Positions 51,646-62,888 of a DNA stretch of 64,000 bases are shown piece by piece (within the stretch, counting starts at the first letter, position 1; each line of letters begins with the position of its first letter). The stretch lies in NCBI GenBank assembly GCA_964016885.1, contig OZ024740.1, positions 412,362,001 to 412,426,000 of the forward strand, in the 5' to 3' direction. The stretch comes from Eledone cirrhosa. Its lineage: Eukaryota. A program made the position numbers and the translations under genes. The notes below the pieces were generated by a model. It ran no database searches. It was not told where the DNA came from and worked only from the letters and a program-made list of their open reading frames with translations.

Positions 51646-53869
51646 TATTTAGGTTTGTTGGTTGACCACTGGATAGAACTGGTCATTCCGTATGGTCAAT
51701 CTCGATGTAATATTATGGAGAGCACTCAACATAATGCAACTCACACGTCTTCGTTTGTGTAGTTGGTGGTTCGAGTACGGAGTTAATTATTATAAAATAA
51801 CAGGAGGCTAGAGTGGTGTACATCCTTGAAAAGTTTATTATACTATGATCATTTGAATGACCGGGTTCAGTATGAATCCGGTGATATCATCAGGTATTCA
51901 AAATATAACAAAGGAATATAACAGATAACATTCATGGCGCTGAAAATCAGAGACGAGAGGACGCCCGACTATTTAGCAGCTTCTACCTCAGTCGGCCGCA
52001 CTCAAGTGTTGATTATTAAGTCTACTTATGACCATCTGGGGAGGGGGCGTAAGCTTATAATGTGCTACTACCTCCCCGTCAAAGAGAAATGTCAGCGTTG
52101 AGGTCATGCCACAATCAGGCTGACTATGCATGCTAGAAATTGCCACGAAAAATGTTTTTTCCAAAGAACATATATCTTTAACAAAGGTATATATAGTGGG
52201 CGACTGTATGGTATAATGTGTGGACAGAAACTTCGGTTAGCAATTAGAAATGTTAAACTTCTGTTTAGAGTTATAGGATGAAATAAGGTTTAAGGTTTGG
52301 GTTGTGAGTTTTAGTTCAAGAATTTACAGAAAGAGTCTTTTATGAAAAAGTTTAAGTGTATTATAGATAGTCACGATAAGTTTTCAGGGTAGGATATAGA
52401 GTAAAGATTAAGCCCTTGTTTAGCAGTCAATAACCAGCGACGACTGCAGATCCAGGTCAGCCCTCCCTAACCACGTGTCAGACGTTCCGGGCAATATCGT
52501 CTGGGGAAAGAAATGGAAATTAATTTTTCCGAGCACTCCAGCAATGTAACTGTCTTAGGCGTCGGGTGTGTTAGCGGGAAGTCCGCCACCGCCGGCTAGC
52601 CATCGACTATACCAAGCGAATACTAGTAATTCACACAGGAGGGGGATGTAGTTACGTGCCAGTAGAGGGAGGCATGATACAGCTAAAAGTTATGATTAAG
52701 CTTAGAATTTAAAGGTACTATTTGGCGGTTAAAGCCGGCTACGCGGCGGGTTTCAAGTCCGACTGGGCCCAGGGGCCAAGCAGCTATTTCCGAGTAATTT
52801 CGTTTAAGGAAAGAAGGGGAAATTTATTTTTACAAGCACTCAAGGATGGCTTATCCACCCGAGCGCCTGGCGTGTAGTCGGAAAATCCGCCACATCCGTC
52901 GGATCATCGCGTGTTACCAAACGATTATTATATATTCACACCCGTGATCTGAGGTTGGAAGTGGTAAAACCCGATGAAATGCGCAAATACACTATATTTA
53001 GTCCCCAGTTAGTCCGGGTTATAAGTAGTGTGGTTCTTGGGTGGGTAGGGGAGTGAATAAAGATAAACAGATATAAGGGTACAGAGAGTAATATTCTAGG
53101 GTCGTGTGCTAATGAGCACAATGATAAGAATATAATGAGAGTAAAGCAAGTAAATAAATACCTAAATAGAAGGAATAATAAGCAAAATACATAAATAAAA
53201 AAGCAAAATACAAAAATACAAATACATAAATAAAATACATAAAAAAACGCCGTCATAACTAGGGTGGTGATGGAGTAAAACGGAAGTATATAAGAACATA
53301 TCGGAGAAATCGAAACACAGGGGGAATACAATATAGATCAAGGTGCAGTTAGATAATACAAGGTTATACATATAGATATAGAGTATGGAAGAGATGGAAT
53401 GGTATCAGGTGTTACCTAGTGTATGTTCGAGTCTCAGAATTCAATGTGAATCACAAAGGCCGTGAAGTATAGGATAGAGAATTCAGTCAATACAATACAG
53501 GTTATAGTATAATACGTAGAATTTTGTCGGAATCTGAATATTCCAGACAGGGAAGCAGCAGTGCACAGAGGTGGGAGGTAAACAAAGCATAGAGCAGCCA
53601 AAATCCGAATGGTGTGTAGAATAGTTAGTCCCATGCTGGCGGTAGCTGTACACTGGAGTAGGTGCCGTTGTTCAATATTACATCTGAAAGCGCTCGAAAT
53701 TTCTGGAGCATTATATATTTAGGTTTGTTGGTTCACCACTGGATAGAACTGGTCATTCCGTATGGTCAATCTCGATGTAATATTATGGAGAGCACTCAAC
53801 GTAACGCAACTCACCCGTCCTCGTTTGTGTAGTTGGTGGTGCGTGTACGGATTTAATTATTATAAAATA
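51646..53869. mobile_element. 2.2-kb non-coding element bounded by 154-bp direct repeats (51646-51799 / 53716-53869) in TA-rich flanks
   Basis: TATTTAGGTTTGTTGGTT.ACCACTGGATAGAACTGG...TTAATTATTATAAAATA is repeated at a 2070 bp offset with few mismatches; no TG..CA LTR ends; no long ORF. Confidence 0.75.
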
Positions 53870-53907
53870 TATATTATATATATATATATTATATTATTAT
53901 TATTATT

Positions 53908-54401
53908 AGAGTTGCATTTATCTTGCTTTATGTTCATACGAGTTATCACCAAGTCACAACCAGTGATCCCAAGAGACAACAAGGTCCGCCATGTTCAAGA
54001 AAGAACATACATACACACACATGCATCTTTAGGTGTTTAGACTTGTGAAGTACTTATATTGACAGAATCTTCCTTAGTATATGGGCAGTTCCCATTAGTA
54101 CAATCTTTTGAATTTCTCCTATACGCGGGTTTCCTGGGATTTGCGATAAGTAATCATTAGACCCCTTAGCTATCTTTCCTAGAGCGCCCACAACCACTGG
54201 TATTGTTTTAGTTCTCAATTCCCACATTTTTCCAATTTCTATCTCCAGGTCCTTATACTTGCTCAATTTTTCAAATATTTTTATAGATATATTCTTATCT
54301 ATTGGAACGGACATATCAATTAGCAAGCATACCTTCTTTTCAAAGTCCTTCAGTATTATATCAGGTCTATTTGCATCTATTTTACGGTCTGTTTGGATGC
54401 T
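53908..54401 (-). mobile_element. R4/Dong-like family A, 3' fragment
   Basis: RPDIILKDFEKKVCLLIDMSVP..ILRKILSI, near-identical to 24530-25016; ATT repeats on both sides. Confidence 0.92.
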
Positions 54402-54425
54402 ATTATTATTATTGTTCTTAGGTAG

Positions 54426-54608
54426 GGCGGTAGATTGGCAGTATCGGTAGAGGTCGGACGCCATGCTTTCCAGCATAGTTACGTCCCTTTGCGATCTGAG
54501 TTCAAATCCCGCCGAGGTTGACTTTGCCTTTCATCCTTACGGGGTCGATAAAATAAAGTACCAGTAATGCATTGTGTAATTGCTGGCCTTGTGCCTAAAG
54601 TAGAAACA
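54426..54608 (+). mobile_element. tRNA-derived SINE, copy 7
   Basis: Full-length; 18-bp TSD ATTATTATTATTGTTCTT at 54402-54419 and 54609-54626. Confidence 0.92.
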
Positions 54609-54620
54609 ATTATTATTATT

Positions 54621-56688
54621 GTTCTTTGAGTCTCAGTCATTGATGTTAGTTAACTGGAAAGTTTGTTGAAATGAATATCAAGCCACTACCTGCAGCCTCA
54701 GATATTCAGGACGTATCGGAGGGTTCTTGCTGTTCGCAGCAAGCATGCCTTTTGAAGTGTCCAAAATGCGGAGCGGGGCCAATTTTCTTTAACCATCCGT
54801 GGAAACTCTTTGATATAGTACCTAGTCATAGACAATCCGGACCACTTTGACTTCATGGCAGTTCCAAATCCTTTTTACCTCCCACTTTAAGTCCCGGTAT
54901 CGGTTAATTCTCTCCCTCTTCTTCTCTTGCACTCTCGTGTCAAATGGGCAGGCCGCATCCACAATCAGGCAGGATCTCTTTTCCTTGTCCAAAACCACCA
55001 GGTCAGGTCTATTGTGTTCCAGTTTCTTGTCCGTCTCCAGCCTTTATAGTGAGTCTGGGCTAGGTGTTTACACTCGGATACAATGTGAGCCACAGTCTCC
55101 TCTCTCTCTCCACAGATCCTGCACAGTGGGCTAGCCTACTCCTTGTAAATATGGTGTTTCAGCCACTTTGTTTTGAGCGCCTGTTCTTGCGCAGCCATTA
55201 GCATTCCTTCTGTAGCCTTTTTAAGGTCTCCTCTTCTGAACCAGTTCCATGTCTGTGGATCTCTGAATTCCGTTTTCTCAAAGAAGGTACTATGAAGGGA
55301 TTTTTCATGAAGGTTGCTCTTTCTCCTTGCTGTTATTTCCTCCTTGGACATCCCCTGGTCTATTGTCCTCTCCTTCAGTACAATTCTGAGCATTGGCTCC
55401 TTGCTATCCGTCACGTATTTGTGTAGGTTATTTTTCTCAATCGGAACACAGTCCTCTATGCTGATAAGACCTCTTCCACCTTCAGATCTCCTTAAGTAGA
55501 GTCTATCGACATCACTCCTCTTGTGGAACATGTTGTAGATAGTCAATAGCTTCCTAGTCTTCCTATCCACTTCTTTTTGTTCAGCAACATTCCATCTCAG
55601 AATTCCCGCACTGTACCTAATAATAGACACAGCTCGGGAATTTACTGCACTTATGGTATTCCTACTGTTTAGATGTGACTTTAATACGCTCCTTACTATC
55701 CGAATGTATTCAGACCTTATCAATTCCTTCATTTTTCTGTTCTTGATGTCATCAGCCTCCAGAATACCCAAATACTTGTATTCTTCTTCATTTTAATTTC
55801 CTTTATCATCTCACGTGTTGGTACCTGGATTCCGTTGCTTCTTCTCAATTTACCCCTCTTCATCACCAGGACTCCACACTTACTAATACCAAATTGCATA
55901 CTTATATCGTTGCTGAAAATACGGACAGTGTCAACAAGTACATCCAACACCTTCTCACTCTTCCCAAAGAGCTTAAGATCGTCCATGAAGAGGACGTGAT
56001 TGATGGTAAGCTCTCCCTTTCCCAACTTGTATCCTGCTCTCACTTTTCGCAGTATAATCGTCATTGGAATCAGTGCAAGGACAAACAACAGAGGGAACAG
56101 ACTATCTCCCTGGAAGATACCTCTCTTTATCTTCCCCGCTTCCAAGGATTCTCCAGCTGATGTTTTCCAGGACTTCATCCATTTGCTCAACAACTGTCTA
56201 ATGTTATCTGCCACCTTGAAGATCTCTAGGCTTTTGGTGATCCAAGAATGAGGCTCCATGTCAAATGCCTTTTTGTAGTCTACCATCCCATGACAAGACC
56301 AGTGTGTCTCCTCTTGCGTGTCTCCTCTTACCATCTTATCAATAAGTAACTGGTCCTTTGTACCACGGGACTTCTTTCGGCATCCTTTCTGTTCGACCGG
56401 TAACAAGTTGTTTGTGTGGAGGTGATGGTAGATTTCCTCATACACAATGCTTGTCAATAGTTTCCACATTACGGACAGACAGGTGATAGGTCTATAGTTG
56501 GTAACATCATTGCCCTTGATTTGGTCTTTCATTACCAGAACTGTGGTACCTTTTGTCAACCACTCTGGTACCTCACCTGAAATCAAGCAGTCATTGAACA
56601 TGATTGTCAGTTTCGGGTGGAGGGATGTTACATTTTTAATCCAATACCCCTGCACACCATCTGGGCCTGGTGATTTCCAGTTGGTTAG

Positions 56689-56690
<2 letters not shown>
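54621..56690 (-). mobile_element. 5'-truncated R4/Dong-like family B copy
   Basis: ORFs 55729-56655 (NYRPITCL, YKKAFD, IFQGDS, FMDDLKL) and 55136-55771; closely similar to 26255-28393. Confidence 0.92.
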
Positions 56691-56728
<38 letters not shown>

Positions 56729-59700
56729 GGCGACCTACGTAGTAAATCGTATCATCGTGAGCTCCGCAAAGGTATGTTGTTTTCAGTTGTTTAAAATTGC
56801 CATTTATGGGAAAAATTTATTGTTAACTGTATATAATTGCACATACATTGTTTTCTGAAAAGGACACTCAAAAAGATTGGGGCCTTGAGCCCAAAATTTA
56901 AACTTTTATAATTATCAAACAAAAATTTATTTGAAAAAAATTATGGATGACTCACAGTCACACCTTCTTCACAAACTAACACCTCACACCGACACCATCA
57001 TTGTAAATATTATTACGTTTGCCAACACTAAAAATATAAGCAGTAACAATATTTTAAATTCGTCTCAGGCAGACATTCATTTCCCGCCATTACCAATGAC
57101 TGCAGGTGTTAAAGCCGCCACCACCACCACAGCGACAACAGAAACAAAAGAAAAAAATAAATTAACTCGTGATATCGAAATGAATTCAACCAAAATGAAC
57201 TCTTCCACACCGAAAACCAATGACGCCACCACCACCACAACGGAAACGAGAATTAACAATAAAAAAAATAACGATAACACCAACAGCAACAATGAAAGAA
57301 AGAAAACTACCCTGAGTTTTGCCAGAGTAGCAAAACAGTGCGAAGCATTCCAGATAACTCAGGAAGAATTAGAAGAAGCCAAAAATATGGTAAAGAAAGA
57401 TTGGTACAGGGTCAGCCAACCCCCCCCCCCCCCACCACACACACACACCTAATAAAATGGAGCATCGGCGCCTATGCACCGTGTCTTATCGGACGATTAG
57501 CATAAAATCGCGCCGAGTGGAACGGGCATCCGAGTCCCAAATCCAAAGAGCTTTGGGACATGTGTGGGCAAAAAAACCCCACATCAGAAGTGGGTGGAAA
57601 TATGGAACCGTGGACGTGTTCTTTGAATCACCACAGGAGGCCAGGGAACACTCCATTGTCCAATTAAGAAGTGACGACTTCACACTCGTCCCAAGCTATT
57701 GTGACCAGAGACTCGTGAAGATCAGGGTGACCCACGTTCCACCGGCCATCAAAAATCCCTGGCTAATAGCTGCCGTCCTCGCCGGCATCGAAGCCAACAC
57801 CAAGATAATCGAAATAGCGAAAGAAAAGCAGGATAAATGGTCCGGATCTGGGATGGAGCTCCTGATCCAAGCGGACTCAAAAAGCATTGAGGAGATTCCA
57901 GAGGTAATAGACCTCACTGACGGCAGCCACCTGACATTAATCGTAGAGGGCAGAAGGCCTAGGTGTGTCGTTTGTTGTGAAGGAACCCACCTAAGGGCTT
58001 TCTGCCCTCAGGCTAAAATGTTGAGGCCACCTCTTTTTACCCACCCCAGTGGCTCAACCATTAACACCACCAGCAGCAGAAATGGCAGCAACAGCTGTAG
58101 CAGCAACAACAGAAGCAACTGTAACAGCAACAACCCCAGCAACAGTAGCAAAACAAACACCACCACCACCCAACGCACCAGAACTAGCACCAGCGCCTAC
58201 ACCTTCCACCTAGCCACAAACAAAACCAACGCCTGTGGAGGATTTTTCACTCCACGGTCTATCACAACTTTAGACAAATTGTGACGACGAGGAGTGGGAA
58301 ACGGTATCAGGACAAAAGCAAAAAAGAAACCAAAAAAGAAAAAAATTCTCTCCCTTCCCCCTCCAAAAACAAAATACAGAGGGAAACAAATAAACTATCA
58401 AACAAAAAAGTTAGGACAGATATGCCACCATCCACACCAGCATCACCAACCCCATCACCACAAACACCGACACCATCACCATCATTAACACCAACACCAA
58501 CATCACCTACACCACAAAAGTTACCAAAAAGCGAAACAGAAACAAACCCACAACAAACGCAAAAAAAACAAAACAACCAAAACGATACACACTACACAGC
58601 ATTAAATTTGAACAACAACCAACTATTACACTACATCCAACACAACACCAGCATCACAGAAAAAGACTACACAACAACCCAAAAGTTAACACCGCCTCCA
58701 CACATACAAATCACTCGCATCCCACAGAAAACGTACACGTCACTAAAACAAAAATTCCCCAAAGACATCGTAGACTTCCGACGAACACTCTCCAGGAGGA
58801 TTTATAAGGACATCCTTCTGGAGGAGGCCACAAGCAGTGAAAAGGATGGAGAAAACATCCTTCCTCTACGAGAAGTAAGGTAATTGGTCTTTCCCATCTT
58901 TTCCACTCCATTTCAACATGACCTCACTCAGAATAGGCAGCATAAATGCGCATGGGTTGGAGTCGTCATGGAAGCAGGGCCACATGCTCAACGACCTCAG
59001 GTCACTAAACATAGATGTAGTGGCCACCAGCGAGACCAGAATCTCCGAAGCACGGGCATTCGCACCGATCTTCGGCGGCTACGATGTGTACGCATCTCCC
59101 AACCGTCCGGGATCGGGGGCAGGAGTTGCTGTTCTTTTTCGGAGAGGTTTGGATCTTGCCATACGCGCCATCTTCCTGGACCCAGAAGGTAAGTTGGTGG
59201 TGCTGGACGTGACCAGCGGAGACGGGCAAGCTTTCAGGCTAGTGGCCGTCTATGCCCCGACAGGAGCAGGGCGGCCTGATTTCTTCCGGCGTCTGGAGAC
59301 CTTTCTTGGAACGTCCCTGGTTACTGGAACGGGATCTTAGATGCACGCTGGGACTTTGTAGGATCAGCGGATAGGGGAGGAGGGTGCAAGAGCCTCACCA
59401 AGCTGCTCAGGCGTTTTGAACTGTCTGACAGATACCGATTGGATTTCCCGATTGTGCTAATGTGGACTTGGACAAATCGCATAGGGTCTTCCAGATCATA
59501 TCTAGATAGAATATTTTGTAGGGAAATAGATAGGTCTAGCATAGGCTGTCCACAATTCAAGATAGTCAGCTACACGGACCCCAAATTCGTGATCTGTGAG
59601 CTTGACTTAGATAGGCTTCATAGACTAGGTCCCGGCTACTGGAAGCTAAACGCGTCTTTACCAGCGCGCAAGGCCTACAGAGACCGGATTAGCGAACTAG

Positions 59701-61820
59701 TTAAGCGGGCGTTGACGGGGGCCATCGTCAACAACAAGTGGTGGTTTAATCTGAAAAGAGCAATTAGAATAGAGTCCATTAGGTTTAGTAAGGCTTTAGC
59801 AATAGAGAAAAATAGAGCAGAGAGTGAATTAGTTAGAAAATTAGACGAGGCGCTTAGCAAAGGCATCGCGACCGACGTACTTGCGGCGAAATTGGCCCTT
59901 GACCAATTCTTCAATGCAAAGCAGGAAGGCTGCGTTGTGAGAGCTAGGGTGCGTGCTCTCAGACACGAGGGGACGAAAGCCGTTCAATCGGCCCGAGTGG
60001 CGGAGGCGTGTCGTGGCAACAAAGCCACGATCCGGTCTTTGGTGGACCACGACGGGCGCATGCTACTCGATCCCGGGAAAATGTGTGAAGCTTTTCAGCG
60101 ACACTTCGCACAGCTCTTCGGGGGCAGCGGCGGGCCAAATCAAGGGATGGACTTTAGTGTTTACCTCGACGGACTGCCGCGGCTCTCGGCCACAGAGGCG
60201 GAGTGTTGCGAAAAGCCGATAACAGCCGCTGAAGTACGGGAGGCAATGACTGGCTGCACAAGGTGTAAATCGCCTGGTTTGGATGGTCTGCCCTATGAAC
60301 TTTACGTACAGATGCCAGTGTTGTTCGGAAGCCTCTTGGCGGACTTCTACTGCAACTGGCAACAGAACGGGAGAATTCCCAGCTCTGTGAGCCGAGGAGT
60401 TGTGGCGCTGCTGAGAAAGGATCCGAACAAGGGGGATAACATAGATTATTTTAGACCCATACCTCAGCTCAACACAGAGTTCAAGATTTTGGCCAACGTG
60501 CTAGCAAAGAGGTTGGCGCTTGTCGTCGTTGGTGGTCTGGTGGTAGAGGCGCAGACGTACGCCATTCCCGACAGCTCCATCCACGACAACCTCCACCTCA
60601 TGCGATACATCGTAGAGATGGTAGCTAGGGAACCTAGCACGGGTGGGTCCTTGATCAATTTAGATCAGTCGAAAGCTTTCGATAGGGTCGACCATCGTTA
60701 CCTAGCGGCAGTCCTGAGGGCGGCTAGCTTTGGGCCCGGCTTCAGAGGCTGTATTGCTGCCATGCACAGCGACATCTGCTCTGTGGTGAGAGTGAACGGT
60801 CACCTTTCGGAACCGTTCAACATCATGCGCTCGGTCCACCAAGGATGTCCCCTCTCGTTCCTCTTGTACGTATTGACTCTCGAGCCATTACTGCACAAAC
60901 TGGAGACGTTGAGTGGCGTCCCGCGCGAACTAGGATGCGGAAGATCCGTGTCAGAATATGCGGACGATGTCACCGTAGTGGTGTCGAACGCCAAACACAT
61001 CGAGGCGATCGGCACTACACTAAGAGAATACGAAGCGGTGACAGGCGCAATGATCAACCAGCAAAAGTCAGTGTGCCTGCAGCTCGGCACCAAGAGAGGC
61101 AGGTCCATGCCGTCCAACAGCGTTGTCGGACGCTGGACAGACGGACCGGTTACATTGCTAGGGGTCTGGTTCGGTCCGGACCTCCAGACGGACAAAAACT
61201 GGGACGAGATGACGAGCAGGGTGGCTTCTCTCACCCAGAAATGGGCCGAGAGGAAGCTATCACTGAAAGGTCGAGCGGAGGTGGCTAACGCGTACATCGC
61301 GTCTGTCATCTGCTACCGCCTGACCGTCGTACCTTGTCCTAATTCTCGCCTGACTGCGCTGGAGCGTTTGCTCTTTCACTTTTTGTGGAAGGGACGCGCT
61401 CCGATGGTCAGGCGGTCCATCTGTTGTCAACACCCGCTACGTGGAGGGCTAGGCATGCCGTGGCTGATGATGCCAAGGCACGCGCTCAGGCTACGACATC
61501 TCCACCTCTTCCTCGACGGTGATCAGGTGTGGTCGCCGTTTGCTAGACACGTATTTCCCCAGCCCGTTTCCTTGACGGAGCTGCAGTCCAGGGTCAAGCG
61601 AAGACCGAGAGGGAGCGCCTGGAGACTGGAATGTCTTCAGGCGCTTACAGCCCTCGACCAATCGGGCAATGTGATCGGTGGAAACGACACCTCGGTGTTC
61701 CATAGAGGATTAGTGGAGGGGAAGAGCGACGACGTACTTGGGGAAACTCTAGGCCTCGACGAAAATCAACTAGCCAATCTCTTCAGAAGAACTTTCGGGC
61801 CAGGGCCTATGGACAACTTC
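56729..61820 (+). mobile_element. Tx1/L1-clade LINE, copy T5: 5' intact after (ATT)n, 3' end deleted
   Basis: Preceded by (ATT)n at 56696-56728; ORF1 pieces with CVVCCEGTHLRAFC; ORF2 with APE and RT; homology to T2 stops at GPMDNF. Confidence 0.95.
56931..58883 (+). pseudogene. T5 ORF1 (frameshifted; Thr/Asn-rich regions, zinc knuckle)
   Basis: ORF pieces 56931-57452, 57457-58284 and 58281-58883. Confidence 0.8.
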
Positions 61821-61838
61821 TATTTAGCTTCTATTTAG
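58918..61838 (+). pseudogene. T5 ORF2 (APE + RT), one frameshift near 59320, C-terminal CCHC domain missing
   Basis: 140 aa + 799 aa ORFs with SPGLDG, FRPI, DQSKAFD, HQGCPLS, YADD and LLGV. Confidence 0.92.
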
Positions 61839-62413
61839 CTTTGACAGTGTTGTCCCATTCATGTATGTTATTGAAGATGAAAAGAAAGACTGTATTCTCA
61901 TCTAATGTAGACCACACAAGTTCTACTCAATGATAAATACTTCGTCGGTCAAATAAATACTGGACATTACGGCCACCTGACCTATATTGGTGATAAACAC
62001 CGGCTTATCTTTAAAATTGATACAATACACCCTACGACATGCCAAACTTATACTTCTGCTTCATGTCAGCTAGTTTTACACGCCGAAATCTTAGATACAC
62101 TATACCCCCCACCTAATGTAATGTCAGGGTCTTCAAATAATTTATTACTAGCATTGTTGTAATTGTTGTTATTGTTCTAACTGAATGCCATTACTACTTC
62201 ATATAGTAGCCTGTATATTCCTTTCATGCCTGTATATTCTCTTCATTCTCGCATGCTGCGAAGAACTGACTGGTTATAATTTTGTATTGGCGATCGAGTA
62301 ACGTGAAAACAAGCGAATAGCGATCTCTAGACCTACCAGTTCAGAGAAACAATTGTCAGCAATGAGATTAAAACCCTTTTTTGTATTGCAAACCATGTCA
62401 ATCTTCTTTCCTG

Positions 62414-62449
<36 letters not shown>

Positions 62450-62491
62450 ATATTAAATAAATGGAAGCTATATTTATAAAACCATATTTCC

Positions 62492-62555
62492 TTTATTATA
62501 TATATTTCATGGGCAACCAAAACAACATTGGTACGCTTTCATCAGATAAAATACA
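62492..62555 (-). ncRNA. Type I hammerhead ribozyme, inverted copy with shortened stem I
   Basis: TGTATTTTAT-CTGATGA-AAGCGTACCAA..TTGGTTGCCCAT-GAAA-TATATA-TA-ATAAAG. Confidence 0.65.
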
Positions 62556-62630
62556 AAGTTTGTTTTATAAATAGAGACATAACCATGAAAATCATACTTT
62601 ATCGGTTGGAAATCCACTGGAAATTCACTT

Positions 62631-62699
62631 TGTATTTTATCTGATGAAAGCATACCAATGTTGTTTTGGTTGCCCTTGAAATATATATAATAAAATACA
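62631..62699 (+). ncRNA. Minimal type I hammerhead ribozyme with intact core
   Basis: TGTATTTTAT-CTGATGA-AAGCATACCAATGTTGTTTTGGTTGCCCTT-GAAA-TATATA-TA-ATAAAATACA: 10-bp perfect stem I, bulged stem II, palindromic mini stem III, NUH = AUA. Confidence 0.82.
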
Positions 62700-62824
62700 T
62701 ATTGTTTTATAAATATAGTGTCCAATTATTTAATATCATTGAATATTTACTCCAGTTACTTTTGAGTGCTCTGAATCAGTTATAAAATTTATGTTTGTCG
62801 GACTTCCAGCAAATTAAATAAAAC

Positions 62825-62888
<64 letters not shown>

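Larger units (their letters stand above)
62445..62830. mobile_element. Inverted-repeat element (62447-62559 / 62628-62720) carrying two hammerheads, in (TA)n
   Basis: The arms are reverse complements; related to 46400-46690. Confidence 0.8.

Noticed and set aside
52936-53371. F/Y/L-rich minus-strand ORFs as genes
   Set aside because: Low-complexity products of an A-rich plus strand.
51646-53869. Classical LTR retrotransposon or TRIM
   Set aside because: No TG..CA termini, PBS or gag/pol remnants recognised.
53885-61820. Inverted segmental duplication of 16-28 kb
   Set aside because: Element order, truncation points and ORF1 sequences differ, so these are independent insertions.
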